From Oscillospiraceae bacterium (GTDB taxonomy: Bacteria; Bacillota; Clostridia; Oscillospirales; SIG627), in contig SVTC01000003.1 in the NCBI GenBank assembly GCA_015063985.1, positions 5,162 through 69,161 on the forward strand: DNA of 64,000 nucleotides. Reading direction: 5' to 3'. A program made the translations under genes and the position numbers. Below are positions 37,493-47,194 of this stretch, one piece after another. Below the pieces are notes generated by a model. The model ran no database searches and was not told where the DNA came from. It saw only the letters and a program-made list of their open reading frames with translations. Positions within the stretch are counted from its first letter, which is position 1. Each line of letters begins with the position of its first letter.

Positions 37493-38566
37493 ATGACTTC
37501 ATTTGAACAATATCTCTCTACACTGCAAGACGACCAAGCAGTACTGCTCACCTCGCCCATAAGCCGCCGTTACGTAACCGCCTTTCAGTCCAGCGACGGA
37601 GCCGTATTTGCATATCAAAACAAGATACTGCTTTTTCTGGATATGCGATACTACGAAATGGCAACCATTGCAAAAAGCCAAGGCAAGCTGCCGACATCTG
37701 TGGAGATCCTTCATTCAAAGGACTTTAAGGACACCGTAATAGGGCTTACAGACAAGGGTGTAGATCGAATCTATTTCGAGGAAAAGAGGACGTATTGCTC
37801 TCAGCTTGACAGATACAAGCTCGCATACCCCAAGGCAAGCTTTCTCCCCTTCGGCGACACTCTCGAAAAGCTGAGAAGCCAAAAGACGCCCCAAGAGCTG
37901 GAAAAGATAAAGGCCTCCCAAAATATCACGGAAAAAGCCTTCGAGCATGCTCTCGGCTGCATCCGCGAGGGTATGAGAGAAGCTGAGCTTGCTTTGGAGC
38001 TGGATTTTGCAATGAGGCGCTTCGGCGCTCAAGCCATAGCCTTTGAGACTGTTTGCGTCTTCGGATCAAACACCTCTCTTCCCCACGGCAAGCCCGGAGA
38101 CAGAGCTCTCCGCCGCGGCGATTTCATTACCATGGACTTCGGAGCCAATCTCGACGGCTACTGCTCCGATATGACAAGGACCGTATGCTTCGGAAAAGCA
38201 AGCGAAAAGCAAAAGGAGGTCTATAATTTAGTCCTGCGTGCCCAGCTTGAGGCTCTTGATAAGATCAAAGGAAATATAAAGGGAAGTCTTGCGGACTCCT
38301 ACGGAAGAAAAATAATTGAGGACGGCGGCTACGGAGAATATTTCAATCACTCCTTGGGCCACAGTCTCGGCCTTGAGGTGCACGAATCCCCCAACTTCTC
38401 CCCAAGAGAGGAGAACATCGTCCCCTGTTCAGCGGTGGTCAGCGTCGAACCGGGCATCTACCTTCCCGGAGAATTCGGTGTGAGAATAGAAGACATCGTT
38501 TATCTGACAGAAGATGGATGCATTAATCTCACCCATAGCCCCAAGGAGCTCTTGGAGTTGGACTAA
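37493..38566 (+). CDS. M24 family Xaa-Pro aminopeptidase
   Basis: Creatinase-like N-terminal domain plus a pita-bread fold with the metal ligands DFG...D...HSLGHSLGLEVHE...E. Confidence 0.85.
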   Translation: MTSFEQYLSTLQDDQAVLLTSPISRRYVTAFQSSDGAVFAYQNKILLFLDMRYYEMATIAKSQGKLPTSVEILHSKDFKDTVIGLTDKGVDRIYFEEKRTYCSQLDRYKLAYPKASFLPFGDTLEKLRSQKTPQELEKIKASQNITEKAFEHALGCIREGMREAELALELDFAMRRFGAQAIAFETVCVFGSNTSLPHGKPGDRALRRGDFITMDFGANLDGYCSDMTRTVCFGKASEKQKEVYNLVLRAQLEALDKIKGNIKGSLADSYGRKIIEDGGYGEYFNHSLGHSLGLEVHESPNFSPREENIVPCSAVVSVEPGIYLPGEFGVRIEDIVYLTEDGCINLTHSPKELLELD

Positions 38567-38639
38567 AAACAGATACCGCGCTCATAAAACCAAGTCACCC
38601 AAAAGTACAAAAATTTATTCACCAAAAAGGATCAAGATA

Positions 38640-39506
38640 ATGAATGTTTTTTTCGTAAGTAACAGCACTTGTTACTACTTCACCCCCTGCCTTTTCGGAA
38701 TGCTTAATGAAGTCGGCCTCGGGGACTGCAAGCTTGCCCTCGTTTACTATGGCGGCTGTTCGGTTCAGCAACACTGTGAATGGCTGAGAGACGACCTGCC
38801 CAACTATCAATTCAGAGTCATCGACAGGGATGGGCTTCATATATACCCCCAATACAGCCTGAAACAAGCATTGAGCACGGATAAATGGGACGTTATCAGC
38901 TTTGATAACAATTCAAAGTCATTTGCTTCGGGAGATATGAAAACCGCTCTCACCATCACAGAACCCTATTTCAACGAGCTTTTTGGAAAGGTGAAGGAAA
39001 TGCATCCCAATGCACGCTATATCTGGCACGAGGTGTGGGCAAACGAAGTGGGATACACCATCTCCTTTGAAATGAAGGACAAAGCCCAGCGTTCAAGCAT
39101 TTTCAAAGCAAAGCAAGATTTGATGTATCATATGATGAACGAATATTCTCTCGACGGTGCTCCCACGGGTGATGCTTGGGAGAAGGTGCGCGATCTTCCC
39201 ATTATCACAACTCCCATGCCCGATTTTTCAAAAGAAGAAAAATTCACCCTCTGCTCGCGTATCAAAAACGGTAAATTTATCGACGATTTCACCCACGACG
39301 GAGATATCGGCGGCGGACAGTATCTGAATGCTTGCGTATGGTTTGAAACCCTCACCGGCAAAAGCTGTATCGGCAATGCTTTTCGCCCAAAATTTACTTA
39401 TAACGAAAAAGAGCTCTCTCTTGGCGAAGAAAAGATCCGCATCCTTCAAAATGCGGCTCACGAGGCAGTGAAGGAGCATCTCAACAAAATAAAGCCGATG
39501 CTCTGA
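38640..39506 (+). CDS. DUF4886/SGNH-like hydrolase-fold protein
   Basis: The FFVSNSTCYY N-terminus and ...THDGDIGGGQYLNACVWFETLTG C-terminal block resemble DUF4886. The start is moved to ATG 38640 to avoid overlap with the M24 gene. Confidence 0.45.
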   Translation: MNVFFVSNSTCYYFTPCLFGMLNEVGLGDCKLALVYYGGCSVQQHCEWLRDDLPNYQFRVIDRDGLHIYPQYSLKQALSTDKWDVISFDNNSKSFASGDMKTALTITEPYFNELFGKVKEMHPNARYIWHEVWANEVGYTISFEMKDKAQRSSIFKAKQDLMYHMMNEYSLDGAPTGDAWEKVRDLPIITTPMPDFSKEEKFTLCSRIKNGKFIDDFTHDGDIGGGQYLNACVWFETLTGKSCIGNAFRPKFTYNEKELSLGEEKIRILQNAAHEAVKEHLNKIKPML

Positions 39507-39520
39507 TATCCTTTTTAACT

Positions 39521-39553
39521 ATGACACCTTCAAACCGAAGGTGTCATTTTTTA
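39521..39553 (+). terminator. Intrinsic terminator
   Basis: Stem atgacaccttc / gaaggtgtcat followed by T6. Confidence 0.8.
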
Positions 39554-39563
39554 TATAAAAATC

Positions 39564-39590
39564 GGGAGAAGCTTTTATAAAGCCTCTCCC
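39564..39590 (-). terminator. Intrinsic terminator of the M20 gene
   Basis: Imperfect 11-bp stem gggagaggctt / aagcttctccc, followed on the minus strand by GATTTTTA. Confidence 0.6.
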
Positions 39591-39608
39591 AAAGTGTTTT
39601 CTTGAATT

Positions 39609-40952
39609 TTAAAGCTTGACCTCAGCCGAGCTTTTGTCTTCGCTATAGTTGATCCTGCATCCCGAGCACTCCAAGCTATCCACGTATTTGAAAAATTCCT
39701 CAGTGGAAGAAAACTCGGGGACGTACTCCGCCTTGACGTGCTTTGCCCTTTCTCCGCCGTTTTTCAAAAGCAATTCTATCATTGCAAGCTGCCATTTAGC
39801 CGATGCCACGCAAGCAAGATCAGGATCTGCGATCTTGTAAGTTGCACCGTGGGAAATACCCTCCGCTCCGGGAACGTAAGGATGCACCACCGGCATTACG
39901 CAGGAAAGGTCGCCCATATCGGTGCTTCCGCTGCCTACCCTATCACGGTATTCAAACTCGGGAAGCTCCTCCACCTCCCCGGCAGCTTCTGCGGCAAGCT
40001 CTAACATAGCCGCGGAATTTACCAAAGGTGCATAACCGGGATAATCGCGAATATCAACGTTTGCGCCCAGAGACAATGCCGCACCCACCAAGGCACGATT
40101 TACTTTTGCATTAGCGTCTTCAATGGCTTTAAAGGTCCTGCCGCGCACGTAGCTTTCCACTATCACCTCATCGGGAATGGCGTTTACCGCATTGCCGCCC
40201 TTTGTAATGATGGGGTGAACGCGGATAACGTCGCTTTCCTTAAAGGTCTCACGAATGGAATTTATGGCAGAAAGACCAAGCTGAGCCGCATACAGCGCAT
40301 TGCAACCGTTCCAGGGACTTCCGCCGGCGTGAGCAGAGCGCCCCTTATAGATCACGCTCTTGGCAAGACAGCCCACCCAGCTCTTAAAGGCACTGGGCAC
40401 GGAATCGACGGTAGTGTGGACCATCAAAGCAACGTCGACACCGTCAAAATAACCCCTGCGTAAAAACTCGCTTTTTCCGCCGTAGGACTTTATTATTCCT
40501 TGCTCCTTGAGCTTAGAGCGGTATTCTATCTCGATAAGCTCCTCCGCGGGAACGGCACAAAGGCGGATCCTTCCGCTCAGACTGTCCAACACTCCCGGCT
40601 CCTTCAATGCCGCGGCAATTCCGATAAATGCTCCTATCTGCGCCGCATGCCCGCAGCAGTGCACTGCGCCGGTTTCGGGATCGGCTTCGGGGTGGTCGGG
40701 ACAAATAAGAGAATCCATCTCACCCAGCACCAGCACCTCGGGACCCGGACGGCCCGTGTCAACAACGGTGTAAAAGCCGGGAATATTTCCTGCCAAAGTC
40801 AATTCATATCCCAGCTTTTCAAAGGCTTCCTTCAGATATTTGTTTGTCTTGACCTCCCTGTAGCCCGTCTCGGGATTTCTCCACACGTAGTCAAAGGTAT
40901 CAAGAATAAGCTTGCGGTGCTTTTCCACCGCCTCATTAAATCTTCCGCTCAT
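39609..40952 (-). CDS. M20 family metallopeptidase/amidohydrolase (AbgB-like)
   Basis: ...VLGEMDSL...HCCGHAAQ...AEE... metal-binding pattern at about 447 aa. Confidence 0.75.
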   Translation of the reverse strand: MSGRFNEAVEKHRKLILDTFDYVWRNPETGYREVKTNKYLKEAFEKLGYELTLAGNIPGFYTVVDTGRPGPEVLVLGEMDSLICPDHPEADPETGAVHCCGHAAQIGAFIGIAAALKEPGVLDSLSGRIRLCAVPAEELIEIEYRSKLKEQGIIKSYGGKSEFLRRGYFDGVDVALMVHTTVDSVPSAFKSWVGCLAKSVIYKGRSAHAGGSPWNGCNALYAAQLGLSAINSIRETFKESDVIRVHPIITKGGNAVNAIPDEVIVESYVRGRTFKAIEDANAKVNRALVGAALSLGANVDIRDYPGYAPLVNSAAMLELAAEAAGEVEELPEFEYRDRVGSGSTDMGDLSCVMPVVHPYVPGAEGISHGATYKIADPDLACVASAKWQLAMIELLLKNGGERAKHVKAEYVPEFSSTEEFFKYVDSLECSGCRINYSEDKSSAEVKL

Positions 40953-41050
40953 AAAACCTCACAAAATCACCTGTAAAAAATACCGCCCCGAATTATTACC
41001 ACTATCGTCTGTAGGGGGCTCATCTTTCGGGGCGGTCATTACCGTTTATT

Positions 41051-42442
41051 TCAGAATGCGCACTTTTCCTCGAGGTAAGCTTCAAGCTCATCGATGGAAA
41101 TTCTGACCTGCTCCATGGTGTCGCGGTCACGGACTGTTACGCAGTTATCCTCTACGCTGTCAAAGTCATAGGTGATGCAGAAGGGAGTACCGATCTCATC
41201 CTCTCTTCTGTAACGCTTGCCGATGGAGCCTGCGTCGTCAAAATCAACCATAAACTTCTTGGAAAGCTTTGCGTGTACCTCAAGAGCCTTGTCGGAAAGC
41301 TTCTTGGACAAAGGCAGTATCGCTGCCTTGAAGGGAGCGAGAGCGGGATGAAGTCTGAGTACCACACGGCTGTCCTTTTCGTCCAGCTGCTCCTCGTCGT
41401 ATGCCTCGCAAAGGAATGCAAGAGTAACGCGGTCTGCGCCCAAAGAGGGCTCGATAACGTAAGGAACGTACTTCTCGTTGGTTTCGGGATCGAAGTATTC
41501 CATAGGCTTGCCGGAATGGTTTGCGTGCTGGGTAAGATCGTAGTCGGTACGGTCAGCAACGCCCCAGAGCTCGCCCCATCCGAAGGGGAACATAAACTCA
41601 AAGTCGGTAGTAGCCTTGGAATAGAAGCAGAGCTCTTCCTTATCGTGGTCCCTAAGACGGAGATTTTCCTTAGCCATACCGAGGCTGTAAAGGAACTCTG
41701 CGCAGTAGCTTCTCCAATAATCAAACCATTCAAGATCAGTACCGGGCCTGCAGAAGAATTCAAGCTCCATCTGCTCAAACTCTCTGGTACGGAAGGTGAA
41801 GTTACCGGGGGTGATCTCGTTACGGAAGCTCTTTCCGATCTGAGCAACTCCGAAGGGAACCTTCTTTCTTGTGGTTCTCTGGATATTGTTGAAGTTTACA
41901 AATATACCCTGGGCGGTCTCGGGACGCAGATACAGCTCGCTGGACTTGTCCTCGGTAACGCCCTGGAAGGTCTTGAACATAAGGTTGAACTTTCTGATGT
42001 CGGTGAAATCACCGGATCCGCAATCGGGGCAGGAGATATGGTTTTCCTTGATGAAGTCCATCATCTGCTGATCGGTCCAGCCTGCGGGGTTTTCGCTTCT
42101 GTTGTTTGCGGCAATAAAGTCCTCGATAAGCTTGTCGGCTCTGTGACGGGTCTTGCAGACCTTACAGTCCATAAGAGGATCGCTGAAGCCACCCAAGTGA
42201 CCGGAGGCTACCCACGTCTCGGGATTCATAATGATGGCGCTGTCCAGACCTACGTTGTAGGGGCACTCTTGAACGAACTTCTTCCACCAAGCCTTTTTCA
42301 CGTTGTTCTTCAGTTCAACTCCCAAGGGACCGTAATCCCAGGAGTTTGCCAAGCCGCCGTAGATCTCACTGCCTGCGTATACAAATCCGCGATTTTTGCA
42401 GAGAGCGACTATCTTTTCCATTGTCTTTTCTGTGTTAAGCAT
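41051..42442 (-). CDS. glyQS: Glycine--tRNA ligase (single-chain GlyQS type)
   Basis: [34 protein letters not shown] and class II motifs. About 460 aa. Confidence 0.93.
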   Translation of the reverse strand: MLNTEKTMEKIVALCKNRGFVYAGSEIYGGLANSWDYGPLGVELKNNVKKAWWKKFVQECPYNVGLDSAIIMNPETWVASGHLGGFSDPLMDCKVCKTRHRADKLIEDFIAANNRSENPAGWTDQQMMDFIKENHISCPDCGSGDFTDIRKFNLMFKTFQGVTEDKSSELYLRPETAQGIFVNFNNIQRTTRKKVPFGVAQIGKSFRNEITPGNFTFRTREFEQMELEFFCRPGTDLEWFDYWRSYCAEFLYSLGMAKENLRLRDHDKEELCFYSKATTDFEFMFPFGWGELWGVADRTDYDLTQHANHSGKPMEYFDPETNEKYVPYVIEPSLGADRVTLAFLCEAYDEEQLDEKDSRVVLRLHPALAPFKAAILPLSKKLSDKALEVHAKLSKKFMVDFDDAGSIGKRYRREDEIGTPFCITYDFDSVEDNCVTVRDRDTMEQVRISIDELEAYLEEKCAF

Positions 42443-42476
42443 ATCTATATCATCCTTTATATTATTGTCACCCGAT

Positions 42477-42505
42477 ATTTTACCTTATTTTTTTGTTTTA
42501 GTCAA
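42477..42505 (-). promoter_or_regulatory. Candidate sigma-A promoter of glyQS
   Basis: Minus strand: TTGACT (42505-42500), 17-nt spacer, TAAAAT (42482-42477), leaving a 5'UTR of only about 35 nt. Confidence 0.55.
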
Positions 42506-42523
42506 TAGTTTAATGCTATTTTA

Positions 42524-42562
42524 TCCAAAAAATGAAATACCGACCGCGACCGCGGTCGGTAT
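42524..42562 (-). terminator. Intrinsic terminator of the upstream sugar cassette
   Basis: Stem ataccgaccgcg / cgcggtcggtat, followed on the minus strand by TTCATTTTTTGG. Confidence 0.75.
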
Positions 42563-42575
42563 CAAGCACCAAGGC

Positions 42576-43553
42576 TTAAAAGTTAAGCTCGCCCATAAGG
42601 AATTCCAAAGAAGCGACCGCTTGGCAAAGAGTTGCGTTTTCGATCTCCTCTCCCTTGGCTGCCTTGCTTGTGAAGTATACAAGCTCGTTATAGTATCCGC
42701 CCAGATCGGAAATGTTTCCGCCCGAGTCGGAGGCGGTATCCAGAGCCACCTTTTCTATCTCGAGCTTTTCCATTTTGTCCTTCTTGTATACAACGAAGCC
42801 GTTTTTGTCGTTCTCTACGACCGCGTCCTCAAATACTACTCTGAAGGATGCGGTAAAGGGATAGCTCTCGGGGAGTCCCCAGGTGCCTTCGACGGAGACA
42901 ACGAAATCATCGTACTTCATCAAGGTGCATACGTAGTCGTTTTCAACGGCAAGAGTGTTCTTCACACTGTAGAAGGTGTTGGGCTTGGAGAAAAGACTGA
43001 GAACGTAGTCTATATCGTGGATGTGCAGATCCTGTCCCGCTCCTCCCGAGCGCACGGGATCCGTCAACCAGCCATCCCATCCCCAGGTGGGAACGGGGCT
43101 GAGTCTGCGGAAATTTGCACTGACCACATTGCCGTATACCTTGCTGTCAACGATCTTTTTAAGCTCAACGTATTCATCCCAGAAACGGATGACCTGTCCA
43201 ACCTGCACTCTTGCGCCGGTAGAGTTCATCTTCTCTATGAGAGCCCTTCCCTGCTCCACCGTGAGAGCAACGGGCTTTTCAATAAAGACGTATTTTACCT
43301 TATCCATTGCCAGAAGAGCGTGCTCTGCGTGAAGGAAGGTGGGCAGACAGATGTCAATAACGTCAACGTCTGCATTGGCAATGAGCTCCTTGCCGTCTTT
43401 ATAGCTTTTCGCTCCGCTGAGCTTTACCGCCTCCGCCGCCTTTTCCGGTCTTACGTCAGCTATTGCCACTACCTTTACGTCGGGGATATTCAGATAACAG
43501 TTAAGGTGCATGCTTCCCATAAAGCCGCAACCGATAAGTCCTATCTTAAGCAT
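42576..43553 (-). CDS. Gfo/Idh/MocA family oxidoreductase
   Basis: MLKIGLIGCGFMGSMH N-terminus. The start is set at ATG 43553 behind GGGAAGGAAG, 1 nt after the upstream stop. Confidence 0.8.
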   Translation of the reverse strand: MLKIGLIGCGFMGSMHLNCYLNIPDVKVVAIADVRPEKAAEAVKLSGAKSYKDGKELIANADVDVIDICLPTFLHAEHALLAMDKVKYVFIEKPVALTVEQGRALIEKMNSTGARVQVGQVIRFWDEYVELKKIVDSKVYGNVVSANFRRLSPVPTWGWDGWLTDPVRSGGAGQDLHIHDIDYVLSLFSKPNTFYSVKNTLAVENDYVCTLMKYDDFVVSVEGTWGLPESYPFTASFRVVFEDAVVENDKNGFVVYKKDKMEKLEIEKVALDTASDSGGNISDLGGYYNELVYFTSKAAKGEEIENATLCQAVASLEFLMGELNF

Positions 43554-43554
43554 A

Positions 43555-44394
43555 TTACTTCCTTCCCAAAATTCTGTCCATCGCATTGGACGTATTGTAA
43601 ATGATGGTTTCCGTAAAGTGCTTATAATTGGGGATCATTTCGGCACTTACCCAACCGTCGTATCCGATCTTCTTAAGAGCTTCCATAACCGCGGGATAAT
43701 CCACGTCGCCCGCAAGAAGATCCACAAATCCGTGAAGACCGCCCGCCTGGACCCTGTAATCCTTGAAGTGAACCTTCTTTATGCGGTGTCCCAGGATCTT
43801 GATCCACTGCTCGGGATAGCCGTTGAACAAAACGTTTCCAACGTCAAAATAGCTTCCCACGTAGGGGCTGTCTATACGGTCGATAAAGTCTCTCATCTCC
43901 AGAGGAGATACCAAGAATTTATTCCAAACGTTTTCTATACCGATGCTTACTCTCAGGCTTCTTGCCTCTTCCTTAAGCTCAAGGAAGGCCTCAAGACTTC
44001 TATGGTATGCATCCTGATAGTCCACCACCTTGCCGGGAGCGGCAAAATCAGCGTTAACTGAGCCCGGCACAACAAGTATGGTATCCGCACCCAGGACCTT
44101 TGCGGTCCAGAGATGACGCTTTACGATATCCTTGGCCTTTTCTCTTGCGGCGAGAGAATCGTCCGTAAGCCAGTTATCCCAATAAAGTCCGCTGGCAACG
44201 CTGTAAAGCTTAAGACCGTGATCCTCGGCGCTTTGCTTTACCGCAAGAAGATCCTTCTCCTTGCTATTAAGACTGACCTCGCCCTCAGCATCAAGAGCAA
44301 GCTCTATACCGTCAAAGCCCGCAGATTTTGCCAGAACAAAGTTTCTGTTAAGACTCTGCACGGGAAAAGACCAAATGCTTATTCCTTTTTTCAT
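43555..44394 (-). CDS. Sugar phosphate isomerase/epimerase (xylose-isomerase-like TIM barrel)
   Basis: About 279 aa with the typical AP-endonuclease-2/TIM pattern (GFDGIEL...ENV...FDVGN...H.KD). Confidence 0.75.
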   Translation of the reverse strand: MKKGISIWSFPVQSLNRNFVLAKSAGFDGIELALDAEGEVSLNSKEKDLLAVKQSAEDHGLKLYSVASGLYWDNWLTDDSLAAREKAKDIVKRHLWTAKVLGADTILVVPGSVNADFAAPGKVVDYQDAYHRSLEAFLELKEEARSLRVSIGIENVWNKFLVSPLEMRDFIDRIDSPYVGSYFDVGNVLFNGYPEQWIKILGHRIKKVHFKDYRVQAGGLHGFVDLLAGDVDYPAVMEALKKIGYDGWVSAEMIPNYKHFTETIIYNTSNAMDRILGRK

Positions 44395-44406
44395 TTAATG
44401 ACCTCT

Positions 44407-45366
44407 TTATCTTTCAAAACCTCTGATATTTTCTAAAAGTAAGCTTTCTTCCATAATACCGCCGGTGGCATCCACCTCGGTAAGAGAGGCTACTGCGGCG
44501 GCCTCCGCCAATTCAAGTATATCAAGATCGCTCATACCCTTTTCGATACCGATAAGCGCACCTGAGCAAAAGGCGTCGCCCGCACCGGTCTTGCCCTTAA
44601 CGTATCCCTTGGGAAGCTTGGTGGACTTAAGCACGGTCACCCCGTCCTTACTGCAGCAAAGTCCCATGGAGGGCTGATGAATGATAACTCTGTGTCCGAC
44701 TCCCATATCAAGAAGCTTCCTTGCTATAACGGGAAGGATTTCATCCGTGGGCTCCATCCCCGCAAGCTTGCCCGCCTCCAGCTCGTTGATAATAAGGTTA
44801 TCCACGTATTTAAGGCAAGGAAGAACGCATTTATATCTGTCACTGTTTTCACTCACAAGGTCGATGCTGGTCATGATCCCCAGCTCCTTTGCCTTTTTAA
44901 GGATCTTCTCGCCCTCTCCCCCGTCTACTCTGTCAAGAAGAAGGAAATAACCCAGATGAAGCATCTTGCAATTAAGATTATCCCAATCAACGTGCTCCGA
45001 TCCGAATACCGCACAAGCGCCCGGATAGGTAAAGAAGGTCCTTTGGGCACCCGGGACACTCATAACGTGAGTAAAGCTCGTCTTTTCATCCGCTAAAGTG
45101 AGAACGTGGCTTACGTCCACTCCCGCATCTGCCATATACTGCTTTGCAAAGGCGCCGGCATCATCGTCTCCTATAACACCAACAGCATAAACAGGCATAT
45201 CGGGAGCGATTTTTTTAAGTCCGATGCCGTTATTGGGAACGAGTCCGCCCACCGACATCTTCAAGGAATTAATCTTTGTAAGCTCGCCCTCTTGGGGATA
45301 GGATGATATTTCGCAAAGGTTATCGACCAGAAGCGTTCCTACAACGGCAATACCTTTTCTTTCCAT
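44407..45366 (-). CDS. PfkB family carbohydrate kinase
   Basis: GGLVPNNG N-terminal region and the C-terminal TGAGDAFCSG signature. The start is set at MERKGIAV (ATG 45366). Confidence 0.8.
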   Translation of the reverse strand: MERKGIAVVGTLLVDNLCEISSYPQEGELTKINSLKMSVGGLVPNNGIGLKKIAPDMPVYAVGVIGDDDAGAFAKQYMADAGVDVSHVLTLADEKTSFTHVMSVPGAQRTFFTYPGACAVFGSEHVDWDNLNCKMLHLGYFLLLDRVDGGEGEKILKKAKELGIMTSIDLVSENSDRYKCVLPCLKYVDNLIINELEAGKLAGMEPTDEILPVIARKLLDMGVGHRVIIHQPSMGLCCSKDGVTVLKSTKLPKGYVKGKTGAGDAFCSGALIGIEKGMSDLDILELAEAAAVASLTEVDATGGIMEESLLLENIRGFER

Positions 45367-45368
45367 AA

Positions 45369-46316
45369 TCAGTTGCACTCCGCAACCAAGGGACCTGCCA
45401 GCTCATCAAGGAAGAACAAACGGCCTGCAAGGGTGGGAATGTAACTGGAGGTGATCCAGGGAGTCTTGCCGTAGCGCAGAGTCATCCAAAGGCTCATACC
45501 CTGCCACTGCATTCCTCTGCCCAGTGTTCCGTCTGCGCCGCCGATGGCATAGTCAGCCTGCAAAAAGAGGCCGGGGCCGATAGTGTTGGCGCGGCAGGGA
45601 ACGAGAGTTGTGCGGCTCTTGAAGCTTGTAAGAGCGTTCTGCTCAACTGTGAGGGGATGGATCTTTGCGGCGATGCGGTAGGGTGCCTTTTCCCAATCTG
45701 CGACGTTGTCGTAATCAGCTGCGAAGGTGGGCTCCCAGAAAGCGATGTGGCACATTCTGCCGATACCGTATACCAATACCAGCTTTGCGCCCTCAGCCTT
45801 CAATGCTGCGATCTTCTCGGGATAGGTGGGAAGATTGTCCTTGGTTGCAAAGTTTCTCTGAGAAGAGGGAACGGTAAGCTCGCCCAGGGGCTCGAAGAGA
45901 GCCTTTTCCATAGCGTACTGGAATGCACCGCTGTTATCGGGACTGAGAGTGTTACCCTCGCTGTCTGCCCATTCGTCCATATTAAAGGTGTAAACGTGGT
46001 CGCACTTGACCTTCCACTCACTGAGGAAGTAAACGACCCACTTGTACATTCCCATAGGTCCTACGGGAAGGATTATTGCAAGCTTTTCGCCTCTTTCCTT
46101 TGCCAAGCGGATCTGCATTGCTATCTCGTGACCCATATAGGTCTCAAATTCACCGAGACTCTGGCACTTTACGGGATTGAAATCCTTGTTCCAATGAGCC
46201 TGACGGTCAAGAATGGTCTCGGGTGCGCCGATGCACTGATCGATCTTTTCAAAATCCCATCCTGCGGGATAGAAGCCCTCAAGGGCGGAGCCTTTTACCG
46301 TATCGTTAAAATTCAT
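45369..46316 (-). CDS. Glucosamine-6-phosphate deaminase/6-phosphogluconolactonase superfamily protein (long NagB-like)
   Basis: ...[15 protein letters not shown]...FNMDEW... resembles the NagB/RpiA/CoA-transferase-like fold motifs. At 315 aa it is longer than canonical NagB. Confidence 0.6.
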   Translation of the reverse strand: MNFNDTVKGSALEGFYPAGWDFEKIDQCIGAPETILDRQAHWNKDFNPVKCQSLGEFETYMGHEIAMQIRLAKERGEKLAIILPVGPMGMYKWVVYFLSEWKVKCDHVYTFNMDEWADSEGNTLSPDNSGAFQYAMEKALFEPLGELTVPSSQRNFATKDNLPTYPEKIAALKAEGAKLVLVYGIGRMCHIAFWEPTFAADYDNVADWEKAPYRIAAKIHPLTVEQNALTSFKSRTTLVPCRANTIGPGLFLQADYAIGGADGTLGRGMQWQGMSLWMTLRYGKTPWITSSYIPTLAGRLFFLDELAGPLVAECN

Positions 46317-46351
46317 TTTCTTATCTCCTTAAAAAATAATAATATGTCCCA

Positions 46352-47062
46352 TCAGGGAAGATATCTCTTTGTGGTGCCCTTAAGATATACCTGGCACTGT
46401 CTGAAGCCCTCGGCGTATTCAACGCCCGCCTGATAGCCTCTGTACTTACTGCAGGTCCTTACCATATCGGCAAAGTCGATGCCGTCGTGGTCACGCATCC
46501 ATACAAGCTGGCTTTCGTGGCATTCAAGCATATCGAGCTTCTTGTCGATAAAGGGAGTAACGTCAACGTACTCCGTGGGGTTGAAGTTTACGCCTGCGAG
46601 GGTGTCCATATAGTAAACGGGAACCATCTTTGCGGCGCCCTCGGTCTTTGTGTGGTAGTTGGGAAGAGTAGCGGTAAAGCAAGCATCAAAGACAAGTCTT
46701 GAGGTTGCGGTATGATCGGGCATATAGTCGTTGGGGTCGTGGGTGATGATGAAGTCGGGATCAACACGCTTTATAACGTCCACCACCTTGTCACGGGCCT
46801 CCCTGTTGTTGTCATAGATCTCCAGATCGTCAAAGCCGCCCCAGATCACCTCGTCAAAGCCACCGATGGCGGCGCTTTTCCGTGCCTCGTTGGCACGGAT
46901 CACACTCAATTCATCGGGGGGGATGATAACGTGGCCGAGATTTCCGCTGGAAAGATGGCAGACCACCACCCTGTCGCCTCTCTCCTTGCATTTGAGCAGG
47001 GTTCCCGCACAAGCCAATTCCATATCATCGGGATGGCAGGAAATAACAAGAACTGTATACAT
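46352..47062 (-). CDS. PIG-L/LmbE family N-acetylglucosaminyl deacetylase
   Basis: VLVISCHPDDMELACAGTL...HxDH pattern (PDHTAT). Confidence 0.8.
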   Translation of the reverse strand: MYTVLVISCHPDDMELACAGTLLKCKERGDRVVVCHLSSGNLGHVIIPPDELSVIRANEARKSAAIGGFDEVIWGGFDDLEIYDNNREARDKVVDVIKRVDPDFIITHDPNDYMPDHTATSRLVFDACFTATLPNYHTKTEGAAKMVPVYYMDTLAGVNFNPTEYVDVTPFIDKKLDMLECHESQLVWMRDHDGIDFADMVRTCSKYRGYQAGVEYAEGFRQCQVYLKGTTKRYLP

Positions 47063-47136
47063 TTTGTATTTTCCTCCTTTTGCCCGAGAAAGCTCCCGAG
47101 CTTTTTCTCTTTGAGCCTATTTTATCACATTATCTC

Positions 47137-47165
47137 TTGCAAATAAATACAAAATCGGTTATAAT
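47137..47165 (+). promoter_or_regulatory. Candidate sigma-A promoter of the AraC regulator
   Basis: TTGCAA, 17-nt spacer, TATAAT. Confidence 0.5.
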
Positions 47166-47194
47166 ACTTATAAATTCGGACAAGGAGAAACATC

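Noticed and set aside
41273-43604. 411-aa and 402-aa + strand ORFs overlapping glyQS and the oxidoreductase gene
   Set aside because: They are antisense to confidently identified genes. Their translations have no recognisable motifs and no RBS.
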